Shown: positions 54,309-63,124, numbered from the stretch's first letter. The stretch is 63,124 nt of DNA from Candidatus Caccoplasma merdipullorum (GCA_017694415.1 JADIMW010000076.1:1-63124), one strand, 5' to 3'. Translations and numbers: made by a program. The notes: generated from the sequence alone by a model not told the origin.

Positions 54309-55214
54309 GTGTATCTGAAAATAAGTCATTGGAAATGTTCGTTGCATGATTGGGACGACTATTACAGTAATGATAACGACAATAAGCAAAATTGTCGTTT
54401 TTGCGAAGATTGTTTTTTCCCTTTAAAGTTGGGGGTAATTGAAAAATACCCGTTTTTCGAAATAACGGAAATAAATGCGACAGACATAGAAGTTTGTCAT
54501 TCCGGCGGAGGACTCGCAAGCTACGGTACTTTCTGCCGTGAGGTGTCGCATGTTATCCCGTCTGCCGACGAAATTGTCAGATATAAAAAAGAAAAAATAT
54601 CCGTAAACTCATCTGTTCAAATTTATTATGGTTTCTGTTACAGCGAATCCGAAACGAGAGATTATTTCGAACTCGAACTGTTAGATGGACCTTGTTCGCG
54701 CAAGACATGGAACATGATGCGGGTACAACACGAAGGGTGTATCATAACCTTTCAGCGCGAGGATATAGTTCCCAACAGCAAATTGAGCGATATTCGCCGA
54801 CGTCCCGACAACTCTGAAATCCCGTGGCTTAATATCAAAATAAAAGAAATTTATACGGAGGGCTTGTCGGTAATGTTCGATAATTTCAATTATATTTATC
54901 ACGTAAAATGCGATGCTCCGATACGGGAAAACGGTGTAACAATATCATTGGTTTCGTGTATCGAACTGTTTGAAAGCGACATTGAAAACGACTTTTTCCG
55001 CTATGAAATCGATATCGATATATGGGAAAATCATGAAAAGGATGCGGATGCAGCTCTTGCAGTGGCTGAAAGCATTGCCGAACAGACCCCGGAGGCTCTC
55101 GAAATTATCGCCCGTTATATGGATATTGCCGATTGTCTTGGGGCTGCCGATGCTCGTGCTTGGCTTGCCGACTATTATGGAACAACAGACTCAAAATACG
55201 ATGCTTATGTGTGA
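54309..55214 (+). CDS. Hypothetical protein (Cys-rich N-terminus, acidic helical C-terminus)
   Basis: 301-aa ORF with only non-ATG starts available (GTG at 54309 or TTG at 54342). I recognise no family. Coding potential is inferred from length and the overlap-coupled downstream gene. Confidence 0.5.
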   Translation: MYLKISHWKCSLHDWDDYYSNDNDNKQNCRFCEDCFFPLKLGVIEKYPFFEITEINATDIEVCHSGGGLASYGTFCREVSHVIPSADEIVRYKKEKISVNSSVQIYYGFCYSESETRDYFELELLDGPCSRKTWNMMRVQHEGCIITFQREDIVPNSKLSDIRRRPDNSEIPWLNIKIKEIYTEGLSVMFDNFNYIYHVKCDAPIRENGVTISLVSCIELFESDIENDFFRYEIDIDIWENHEKDADAALAVAESIAEQTPEALEIIARYMDIADCLGAADARAWLADYYGTTDSKYDAYV

Positions 55215-55872
55215 AGACTGTATTGATATACCTGAATACCGTAAGGAACTGCTTTCGAAAATAGCCGCCTCGCCGGATGATTTGGAAAGCATGGCTGAAT
55301 TGGTATGTGCCGATTGCCTTATCTGCGAGAAGAATGTAAAGGACTTCGGACCTGCATGGAAAAACTCCGTGTTTGTAAACGAAATACTGGAGTATGCTCC
55401 CGTATTGCTGAAGGAGAAAGGAAACGAATATGGCAATATTGTATTCAACGTATGCGATAGAGTGAAAGACGTGCTGTTTAATCACCCGCGCCTGATGGTA
55501 AAGCTGTTAAAACTGGAATTGAAGGCTCTTGATACAAGTAAGGATATTGACGGGGACAAACAGGAAATAAAAAAGGGTATAGAAAAAAAAATAGAGTTTC
55601 TCGAAGTAAATATTAAAAGGGCCGACATGGGGAATCTGGAACAGTGCGAAAATATCGGCATGTTGAAAAGAGACCCGGTGGAATGGACGGCAGAATATGA
55701 AAAAGTTATAGATGAGGCTGAAGAAAAAGCCAATGCCGAACTTGCGGATGTACCTCGCGGTATGGGATTCTGCCATGCTTACTGGCACTCTCTTGCCAAT
55801 ATTCTTTTCGAGGATTACGGTATTGTCTGGCGCAGCCCGGCCATGATGAATCCCGGCGTTATGTTCGACTGA
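55201..55872 (+). CDS. Hypothetical protein with the C-terminal motif GMGFCHAYWHSLANILFEDYGIVWRSPAMMNPGVMFD
   Basis: I chose the ATG at 55201 (MLMCEDC...) within the longer 54970-55872 ORF. It overlaps the upstream stop by 14 nt. Family unknown. Confidence 0.5.
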   Translation: MLMCEDCIDIPEYRKELLSKIAASPDDLESMAELVCADCLICEKNVKDFGPAWKNSVFVNEILEYAPVLLKEKGNEYGNIVFNVCDRVKDVLFNHPRLMVKLLKLELKALDTSKDIDGDKQEIKKGIEKKIEFLEVNIKRADMGNLEQCENIGMLKRDPVEWTAEYEKVIDEAEEKANAELADVPRGMGFCHAYWHSLANILFEDYGIVWRSPAMMNPGVMFD

Positions 55873-56512
55873 TGCGCCTTTTGTACGGTTTTGCCGAAAT
55901 TGCATACGGTCATCTGCAACAACACGGTAGGTTTTAGGGTTTTACAATATGTACGTTTTGACCTTTTTCAATCTGCCAAAATATATACGAAACAATTGTA
56001 CCCATATTAAATAAAGTAAAGGCATAAAGGGTATTCTACAGACCTATAACATACATTTATGTTATTTTTCTCTCTCTTTTGGAATACCTGCTCAATACGA
56101 ACAGGCAAAGACTAAATTTCTCGATGTATTAAAAGCTCTCTGCCTATTCATCGGCCGTTTCATTATCGACCCGACATCGGGAAACCTCTCTGTATCTGCT
56201 TGCAGATTATATGGCATTCTTCCCGTCGCCGAACGGCTGGCGGGGTATTAGGCTCACCCGAAAGAAATTTCGTGGCAGACGGGCAAGCCCGTTGGAGAAT
56301 GGTTGTGGCAAGAACATAACACAATTATTGAAGCGAATTATCGCTAAACTTCCACTTGATTATTAAGGATTTCAACTACCCTTTATCCAAAAAATACAAA
56401 AAAATATAGCCGAATAGCGCTGTATTTTTTAGCCAAAAAAGGTAATTTAATTTAGCCACATATGGAAATTCTAAAATATAGTATTATCTTTGCCCATAAT
56501 CAGTATATAGAT

Positions 56513-57787
56513 ATGAAGACATATAAACCGAGAATCGCGGATAAGGAGTTACAACGAAAGCTAGCAGGTATCGGTGCTGTTTTGATTGAAGGACCTAAAT
56601 GGTGCGGTAAAACTACAACTGCGGAGCAACAGGCGTCCACAATCATCTACATGGACGATCCTTTGTACAAAGAACAGAATCTCCGTATGGCTGATATAAA
56701 TCCGAAAGCGTTGTTGGTCGGAGAATGTCCCATATTGGTAGATGAATGGCAACTTGCTCCCAAATTATGGGATACAATCCGTTTTGAAGTCGATCACCGA
56801 GAAGGCGAAGGTCTTTTTATTTTAACTGGTTCGGCTGTTCCTGCAAAAACAGAAGAAATTCATCATTCAGGAGCAGGTAGATTTGCATGGCTAACTATGC
56901 GTCCCATGAGTTTATACGAGTCGGGGGAATCTTCTGGAGAAGTGAGTTTGGAGGGGATGTTTGAAACTCCAGATAATATAATGGGAATCAACAAATTGTC
57001 GCTTGATGATATTGCTTTTTTAATTTGTCGTGGTGGGTGGCCTCGTGCATCATTGCAAACAGGAGATATTGCGCTGGATCAAGTGAAATACTATTATGAC
57101 GCTGTGACGCGTTCGGATATTTCTCGAGTAGATGGCGTTCGACGCAATCAAGAACGGGCAAAACGATTGATGCGTTCATATGCTCGGCATCAAGGTTCTC
57201 AGGCTCCCATCAGTACTATTGTAGAAGATATGCGAGTGAATGATGAGGAATCAACGGATGTAAAAACAGTTACTTCTTATATTGACGCTCTGAAAAAAAT
57301 TTTTGTCATAGAAGATTCTGTTGCATGGAATCCTAATCTGCGCTCAAAGACAGCTATTCGGACATCTGATACCAGGTACTTTGTTGATCCGTCAATTGCT
57401 GTTGCTGCTTTGGGTCTTGGCCCCAAGGACCTGATTAATGATCTGAATACAATGGGGTTGTTGTTTGAGACGCTTTGCATCCGGGATTTACGCGTATTTG
57501 CGAGCGCTTTAGATGGACAAGTTTATCATTTTCGAGACAAGTACGGCCTCGAATGTGACGCAGTTGTTCATCTGCGCAATGGTAAATTTGGCCTTATCGA
57601 AATAAAACTTGGCGGAGACCAACTTATAGAGCAAGGCGCAACTACCTTAAAAACATTGGCTGCAAAGATAGATACGGATAAAATGAAAGCCCCGTCTTTC
57701 TTAATGGTATTGACGGCTACAGGAAAATTTGCCTATCGACGTGCAGACGGAGTTTATGTGGTTCCTATTGGATGCTTAAAAGACTAA
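56513..57787 (+). CDS. AAA+ ATPase of the AAA_14 / DUF4143 family
   Basis: Start at MKTYKPRIADKELQRKL. Walker A is IEGPKWCGKTT and Walker B is ILVDEWQ. The size and C-terminal region are typical of DUF4143 proteins. Confidence 0.75.
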   Translation: MKTYKPRIADKELQRKLAGIGAVLIEGPKWCGKTTTAEQQASTIIYMDDPLYKEQNLRMADINPKALLVGECPILVDEWQLAPKLWDTIRFEVDHREGEGLFILTGSAVPAKTEEIHHSGAGRFAWLTMRPMSLYESGESSGEVSLEGMFETPDNIMGINKLSLDDIAFLICRGGWPRASLQTGDIALDQVKYYYDAVTRSDISRVDGVRRNQERAKRLMRSYARHQGSQAPISTIVEDMRVNDEESTDVKTVTSYIDALKKIFVIEDSVAWNPNLRSKTAIRTSDTRYFVDPSIAVAALGLGPKDLINDLNTMGLLFETLCIRDLRVFASALDGQVYHFRDKYGLECDAVVHLRNGKFGLIEIKLGGDQLIEQGATTLKTLAAKIDTDKMKAPSFLMVLTATGKFAYRRADGVYVVPIGCLKD

Positions 57788-57795
57788 TAAACGAT

Positions 57796-57972
57796 ATGAC
57801 ACAGATACAACATAACCAACTGGTCTCATTTATATGGAATATTGCTAACGATGTTCTTGTAAACGTATATAACAAGGGGGATTACCGTAAAGTGATTCTC
57901 CCGATGATTGTATTGAGACGCTTCGATGCCGTTTTAGAGGCTACGAAAATTCAGTTTAGTTTAGTCCATTAG
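57796..57972 (+). pseudogene. hsdM: Truncated N-terminal stub (~50 aa) of a type I restriction-modification methyltransferase (HsdM)
   Basis: MTQIQHNQLVSFIWNIANDVLVNVYNKGDYRKVILPMIVLRRFDAVLEATK is the characteristic HsdM N-terminal domain start. The frame then runs into unrelated sequence and a stop. Confidence 0.65.
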
Positions 57973-58547
57973 CTTATATATATGCTAAATCAAAGTAAAC
58001 TATATTTAGGTAGGCATATTTGCTTGTCAGTATGCCTATGGTTATTACGGTAAAAGCGGTTTTGGTTGCCAATAAAAAGGAAGCACAGGCTGAAGAGATA
58101 TCGGGAGTTTTTCTTTTTTGGCTGCAAGTATGTTTACCAATCAATGTCTCTTGGTGCAGAGCGAAGAGTTGTACACGGTAAGGTTCGAACTCCTTTCTTG
58201 TGCAAACAAGTGAAGGGAATGAAACCTAATGAAAATTGAAAAGGTCTGAATTTGCTTTAATTGACGGTTCTGTTTCTATATTATTTCTTAATCAAAGGAG
58301 TGAAAATAATAAAACGTTGATTATATGCAAATTATATATAGAAAACTTACGCTGATTTCAAATTTTCCAGATTTCTGATTAAGGGGCAAGACTTAACGCC
58401 TTATAATTACTATGTGCATTGAATATTTATATTCAACGGTACAAAAGTAGTAAATTTTTATTTATGAAGAAGCCATACGTTTTACATTTTTTTATTATTA
58501 CATGTTCGACAACTTCGGTGTTTCATCATTTTTTATACATGGATACC

Positions 58548-58591
58548 GTATAAAAAGCCGTGCGGCGGTTTATTGGATATCCGCCGCACGG
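58548..58591 (-). terminator. Rho-independent terminator of amtB
   Basis: 11-bp stem ccgtgcggcgg / ccgccgcacgg (58558-58568 and 58581-58591). On the minus strand it is followed by cuuuuua. Confidence 0.6.
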
Positions 58592-58629
58592 GATTGTTTA
58601 TACGTGGTAATCAAATACTGCCCATATTG

Positions 58630-59973
58630 TTATTTATCGGTATGTGATGATGAGTATTCGGCCAGTTCCCTGTCGATTTCCACACCATACTCCTCGTCAT
58701 GTTCGCTTCTGTCGAGCCCTATTCGCTCGCTGCTTGCCGATACTCTCATGGGTATCATCTTGTTGGTTATCCAATAGAGTATGAATGTTACTACAAACGT
58801 ATAGGCGCAAACTATCAATACGGCAAGCAGGTGGTGCATGAAGTTCTGAGACCATGTCATGCCTGAGGAGGCGTCATATACGAATATGCCCGTCATTACG
58901 GAACCGACGATACCTCCTACTCCATGTGTTGGGAATACATCCAACGCATCATCGAACGAATTGCTTTTGTTTTTCCATGTTACGGCCATGTTACATATTA
59001 ACGTGGTAACGAATGATATGAATATGCTTTCTCCAACCGATACATATCCTGCCGACGGGGTTATGGCAACCAACCCTACGACGGCACCTACGGCTGCCCC
59101 CATAGCCGAGGGTTTCCGACCTCGCAAACAGTCAAATACCACCCATGTTATCATTGCTGTCGCCGATGCTGTATTGGTATTGAGAAATGCTTTTACGGCT
59201 GTTGAGTTGGCCGCGAGGGACGAACCTGCGTTGAAACCGAACCACCCGAGCCAGAGCATTGCCGCACCCAGCATTACAAACGGCACGTTGGCCGGTCGGC
59301 CCGACTCCCTCCTGCGACCGAGGAATATAGCCCCGGCTAAAGCGGCTACTCCCGAAGAGGCATGTACTACTATTCCGCCGGCAAAGTCGAGAACGCCCAT
59401 TTGTCGCAAAAAGCCGTCGGGATGCCATGTCCAATGTGCCAACGGACAATAGACAAAGACACAGAACAGTATCATGAAGACGAGATATGCCGAGAAACGT
59501 ACCCGCTCCGCGAATGAGCCTGTTATCAGGGACGGGGTTATTATGGCGAATTTCATCTGGAAAAGAGCATATAGCGCAAGAGGTATGGTGGGTGCAAGCA
59601 ACGGATATGTTGCATCTCCCACATTTTTAAACATGAAGAATGTTGCCGGATTTCCGATGAAATGTCCCACATCGTCGCCAAACGCCAGACTGAAACCGAA
59701 AAAGACCCATATTATGCTGATTATACCCATGGCGATAAAGCTCTGCAATATTGTTGATATTACATTCTTTGCCCGTACCATACCACCGTAAAAGAACGAT
59801 AGTCCGGGTGTCATCATCAGCACGAAAATTGTTGCTGTTATCATCCATGCCACATCGGCAAAGTTCAGGTTCGGGTCAAGGTCGGTAAAAACCCCTTCCG
59901 AATCGGAATATACAAGCCCCAACAGACTTAATATTAACAGGGCTGCAAATAAAATAATCCATCTCTTTTGCAT
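58630..59973 (-). CDS. amtB: Ammonium transporter (Amt family)
   Basis: 447-aa polytopic protein with the Amt signatures DFAGGIVVHASSG and VFPTHGVGGIVG. Confidence 0.92.
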   Translation of the reverse strand: MQKRWIILFAALLILSLLGLVYSDSEGVFTDLDPNLNFADVAWMITATIFVLMMTPGLSFFYGGMVRAKNVISTILQSFIAMGIISIIWVFFGFSLAFGDDVGHFIGNPATFFMFKNVGDATYPLLAPTIPLALYALFQMKFAIITPSLITGSFAERVRFSAYLVFMILFCVFVYCPLAHWTWHPDGFLRQMGVLDFAGGIVVHASSGVAALAGAIFLGRRRESGRPANVPFVMLGAAMLWLGWFGFNAGSSLAANSTAVKAFLNTNTASATAMITWVVFDCLRGRKPSAMGAAVGAVVGLVAITPSAGYVSVGESIFISFVTTLICNMAVTWKNKSNSFDDALDVFPTHGVGGIVGSVMTGIFVYDASSGMTWSQNFMHHLLAVLIVCAYTFVVTFILYWITNKMIPMRVSASSERIGLDRSEHDEEYGVEIDRELAEYSSSHTDK

Positions 59974-60503
59974 AATTTCTATATTTTATAACGACAATCT
60001 GTTTTATTTTGCCGGCAAAAATAGACAAACAGCAATCAGAATATACCCATGTAAATACTTTTTTCTTTTTAGTATTCCGTTTCAATATCAATTTGCCAAT
60101 TTATAAAACAAATAAGTAACAATTGGATAGCGGATAGTCCTTTTACTTAAAAAAATTAAAGAGAGGAGTTTTTTATTTCGATATAATTCTTTAGGAAAGA
60201 TGAAAAAAATACGGTATTACGCTATTATAATCGCGAATAAAAACAGGTTATACAATAATAGTTTTGTACTGATTCTTTCGATTATCGATTTAGTTGGTAC
60301 GATTTGACAACGTGCCATGCGGATATATGTAAAAGGTGAATCTGTTGAAACGTTTATTCTGAGAAATCTTCACGGACACATATATGATTCGTTGCACTTT
60401 TACATGGGCGGAGAAAAAACGGGGAAGGCAGATAGAGGTTTTTACGCTTTTGGAATATTCGGAAGCTTGTGTGATAAACCATATTGGAACGGCATAGCAA
60501 TAA

Positions 60504-61259
60504 TCATATCAACTTAAGGATTTTTGCAAAGCGACAGGCCTCAATTGAATTTTTCACTTTTAATTTGCTCAAGATTTTTTGTCTGTGTCTGCTGACCGTA
60601 TTGACGCTGACGCATAATATCTGTGCTATTTCCTTACTTATCAAACCTTTGTTTATAAGGCTCAGAATTTGTTTTTCCCTATTGGAGAGTATCTGTATGC
60701 CGTCATGCTTTTCCTGTTCCTTCATTTGGCCGTTTGAGGAATCCACTATCATACATTTAACGGTAAAATCAAACAGCATGGGACTATAAAGACATAATGC
60801 AAGCCAGAGAGATTTGTTGGATGATGTTGAAATATAAAACATACGGTGCAAGACGGGAATATAGCTGTTTCGGCTGTTTTTCATGCGAAGGTTGCTTATT
60901 AAATAATAGTCGTTGCGCTTATTTACGGGCTGCCGTTTGACAAAATTAAAAAAACACAACTCTTGCACGTGCTTATCCGCCAAATCGTCGGGATGAACCC
61001 TATTGAAAATATTTTCCTCCCATACCGAGCGTACAACTTCATCTTTAATCTCCTTGTTCATTCCCAGCATTTGTGAAAATTTGCCGTAATATATATAGCT
61101 GACATTATTGCGCAAATCGCTCAATACGGCAATGGCGTTCTCCATCCGTGCATAGTTGCACGCAATAACCTTGTACGTGTTCAACAATTCCCGGCTCTGC
61201 AACTCGCCGTTAAAATCCTGCTTTGAAAATTCCTTATTCAGTATCTCTTTTGTATTCAC
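60504..61259 (-). CDS. LuxR-family transcriptional regulator with an N-terminal sensor-like domain
   Basis: The C-terminal HTH is LSNREKQILSLINKGLISKEIAQILCVSVNTVSRHRQKILSKLKVKN. The annotated start is GTG at 61257-61259. Confidence 0.8.
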   Translation of the reverse strand: MNTKEILNKEFSKQDFNGELQSRELLNTYKVIACNYARMENAIAVLSDLRNNVSYIYYGKFSQMLGMNKEIKDEVVRSVWEENIFNRVHPDDLADKHVQELCFFNFVKRQPVNKRNDYYLISNLRMKNSRNSYIPVLHRMFYISTSSNKSLWLALCLYSPMLFDFTVKCMIVDSSNGQMKEQEKHDGIQILSNREKQILSLINKGLISKEIAQILCVSVNTVSRHRQKILSKLKVKNSIEACRFAKILKLI

Positions 61260-61479
61260 CTGACAGCAACAAAATGGTTATTTATAATCATTGTCATATA
61301 TAACCCATTAACCTACTTTTGCAAAGGTAAACTAATTGGATGATTATTTACAACAAATAAAAACGGATACTGCCGGTTATAATTGCTTAATGCGGAGCGG
61401 ACATAATAGATCATGCTCAAGCCGTCGGCTATCTTGAATTTTTGTTGCTTAACTTTAAATATTATCGCATTAAAAAGGT

Positions 61480-62145
61480 ATGTTAATGAAAAAGTTATTA
61501 TTAAGCGGGATGCTGATTGCCGCTTCTGTTACAGGCATGGCACAATCATTAGAGAAGATGCAGTGGTTCAATGAACCTGAGCAATGGGAAATTAAAGACA
61601 ACACTCTTTCAATGCACGTTACTCCCCAAAGCGATTATTGGCGCATTTCGCATTACGGCTTTACCGTGGACGATGCTCCGTTCCTTTACACATTACGTGG
61701 CGGCGAGTTTGAGGTTAAGGTGAAAATATCGGGCGATTACAAGACTCGTTTCGACCAGTCGGGACTGATGCTGCGTATCGACCACGAAAACTACATAAAA
61801 GCCGGTATCGAGTTCGTGGACGGGAAATACAACCTCAGTACCGTAGTTACTCACCATACCAGCGACTGGAGCATCATACCGTTGGACAAACCTGTCCAAT
61901 ATGTATGGATAAAGGCTGTACGCCGACTGGATGCCGTGGAAATCTTCTATTCTTTCGATGACAGGGTGTACACGATGATGCGCAATGCGTGGTTGCAAGA
62001 CAATCACCCTGTTATGGTGGGAATAATGGGTGCCTGCCCTGACGGTAACGGTTTCGAGGCAAAATTTGAGAATTTCTCAATAAAACATCTGCCTGATTTT
62101 CGCAGACTCCAATGGCTGGAAAGGAATAGCACCGACAATATATGA
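61480..62145 (+). CDS. DUF1349 domain-containing protein (concanavalin-like fold) with a signal peptide
   Basis: WFNEPEQWEIKDNTLSMHVTPQSDYWR and DQSGLMLRID are typical of DUF1349. The N-terminus MLMKKLLLSGMLIAASVTGMA looks like a signal peptide. Confidence 0.65.
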   Translation: MLMKKLLLSGMLIAASVTGMAQSLEKMQWFNEPEQWEIKDNTLSMHVTPQSDYWRISHYGFTVDDAPFLYTLRGGEFEVKVKISGDYKTRFDQSGLMLRIDHENYIKAGIEFVDGKYNLSTVVTHHTSDWSIIPLDKPVQYVWIKAVRRLDAVEIFYSFDDRVYTMMRNAWLQDNHPVMVGIMGACPDGNGFEAKFENFSIKHLPDFRRLQWLERNSTDNI

Positions 62146-62497
62146 TGCTCCACAAACCGAATTTACCAATTTGTTACAGGGGACTACCTTTCGCTCCGAA
62201 CTCGAGGATGGCAGTTACATCCTGAAACAGGGAAATGACGGAATCGGTTTTTATCTTGTCAATCCCGATGAAACGAGAATAAACTGCAACAGGGTATATT
62301 TACCTCAATCGGCGATATATCAGAGCAGCGTATTCCTGCTCGATTTTTACGGAGAGACTACCTCTATCTCCTCTGAACGGGTTGTGGATGATAAACCGGC
62401 AGAAAAAATATACTACGATTTGAACGGACAGCGCGTAATGAACCCTCAAAAGGGTATATATGTCACGAACGACGGCGAAAAAGTCATTGTCAAATAA
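62084..62497 (+). pseudogene. Start-less C-terminal fragment of a Bacteroidales surface/secreted protein
   Basis: The frame is open from 62084 with no in-frame ATG before 62171 (only TTG). The C-terminal end KIYYDLNGQRVMNPQKGIYVTNDGEKVIVK resembles the common C-terminal tail of secreted Bacteroidales proteins. Confidence 0.45.
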
Positions 62498-62594
62498 CAG
62501 ACTTTTTTCTGATAACATAGGTTCTTTGACAAGAAATGTAATACAGGAGGGTATCCCAAAAGCCATATGATGTAATCCGAAGGGTTACCCTCCT

Positions 62595-62862
62595 CTGCTC
62601 TCGCCTTTCACTGTCTTTGACTAACGTCGAGGACAGGATGCGGCTCGGCATAACCATAACGAAAGTTTTGCTTCTGCTCTCGCCTTTCACTGCCTTTGAC
62701 TAACGTCGAAGACAGGATGAGGCTCGGCATAACCATAACGAAAGTTTTGCTTCTGCTCTCGCCTTTCACTGCCTTTGACTGACATCGAAGACAGGATGAG
62801 GCTCGGCATAACCATAACGAAAGTTTTGCTTCTGCTCTCGCCTTTCACTATCTTTGTAGCCA
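62595..62862. repeat. 79-bp tandem repeat array, 3 full copies plus a partial fourth and a degenerate leading copy
   Basis: Unit starts (ctgctctcgcctttcac...) fall at 62595, 62674, 62753 and 62832. The copies differ by a few substitutions. Each unit contains the hairpin ctg-c-ctttgac taac gtcgaag-a-cag. Confidence 0.9.
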
Positions 62863-62877
62863 AAGATTTAAATGTAC

Positions 62878-63124
62878 ATGAAAGAGCGACTCCTCTTATG
62901 TGATATAGCAAAAGGCATCTGCATAATACTTGTAGTTATCGGACATTATCATCCTGATAATGCCCCCGACTGGTATACTATTATCCACAGGTTCATATAC
63001 TCTTTTCATATGCCCTTTTTCATTTTTACGAGCGGGTATATTTATAATGCTACGAAAAGAGATATCCCTTATAAGGCTTTTGTCTGGAAAAAGATTAAGC
63101 GGCTTGTAATTCCTTATATCTCTA
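62878..63124 (+). CDS. Partial CDS (N-terminal 82 aa), acyltransferase family 3 (membrane O-acyltransferase)
   Basis: My translation is MKERLLLCDIAKGICIILVVIGHYHPDNAPDWYTIIHRFIYSFHMPFFIFTSGY... The DxxKGxxIxLVVxxH and HMPxFF motifs are typical of acyltransferase_3. It runs off the window. Confidence 0.7.
   Translation, partial: MKERLLLCDIAKGICIILVVIGHYHPDNAPDWYTIIHRFIYSFHMPFFIFTSGYIYNATKRDIPYKAFVWKKIKRLVIPYIS

Noticed and set aside
54970-55200. N-terminal 77-aa extension of the 54970-55872 ORF
   Set aside because: It would overlap the preceding ORF by 245 nt in another frame. The ATG at 55201 gives a conventional short overlap, so I used the shorter model.
58150-58205. tRNA-like GGTTCGAAC motif suggesting a tRNA fragment or att site
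   Set aside because: The motif sits in an AAGG-(8 nt)-CCTT palindrome. No acceptor, D or anticodon arms can be folded on either strand, and it does not match the 3' end of the tRNA-Ala in this window.
60317-60517. 66-aa ORF in the amtB / LuxR spacer
   Set aside because: It has no recognisable motif or ribosome-binding context and overlaps the LuxR gene end. It is probably a chance ORF in AT-rich DNA.
62595-62862. Possible CRISPR array
   Set aside because: The 79-bp units abut directly with no unique spacers, there are no cas genes nearby, and the unit is too long for a CRISPR repeat. I classified it as a plain tandem repeat.

Overview
This is a Bacteroidales-type chromosomal segment, judged from T9SS genes, TAnnTTTG-type promoter motifs and gene order. 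Most of it is housekeeping. On the minus strand there is a dnaN / exonuclease / coaBC / porD / recN / rlmB block and a dut / TPR / DUF4292 / M23 peptidase block, plus a very large GH2 beta-galactosidase with a T9SS sorting tail, sprA, ruvA and tRNA-Ala(GGC). On the plus strand are gdhA, ruvC, metH, ddh and lgt. Three regions look accessory. (1) 1-4550 is a visibly AT-richer island. It carries an HTH controller, a C5 cytosine methyltransferase, a McrB-family GTPase and a partial downstream partner (LlaJI-like layout), plus decayed frameshifted gene remnants. (2) 43.4-55.9 kb is the most interesting locus. It encodes a membrane AraC regulator, a multi-zinc-ribbon coiled-coil protein, a 1217-aa transmembrane Ser/Thr kinase with a TQRP-repeat tail and a C-terminal SH3b domain, and a 1109-aa protein with a zinc ribbon and four tandem CbxX/SpoVK-like AAA+ modules. 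These are followed by a zinc-ribbon-FHA protein, a PP2C phosphatase and two unknown proteins. I cannot match this combination to a named system from memory. (3) 56.5-63.1 kb holds a DUF4143 ATPase, a truncated hsdM stub, amtB, a LuxR regulator, a DUF1349 protein, a start-less gene fragment, a 79-bp tandem repeat array and a partial acyltransferase. All calls rest on reading the ORF translations and the DNA by eye; no database search was run.
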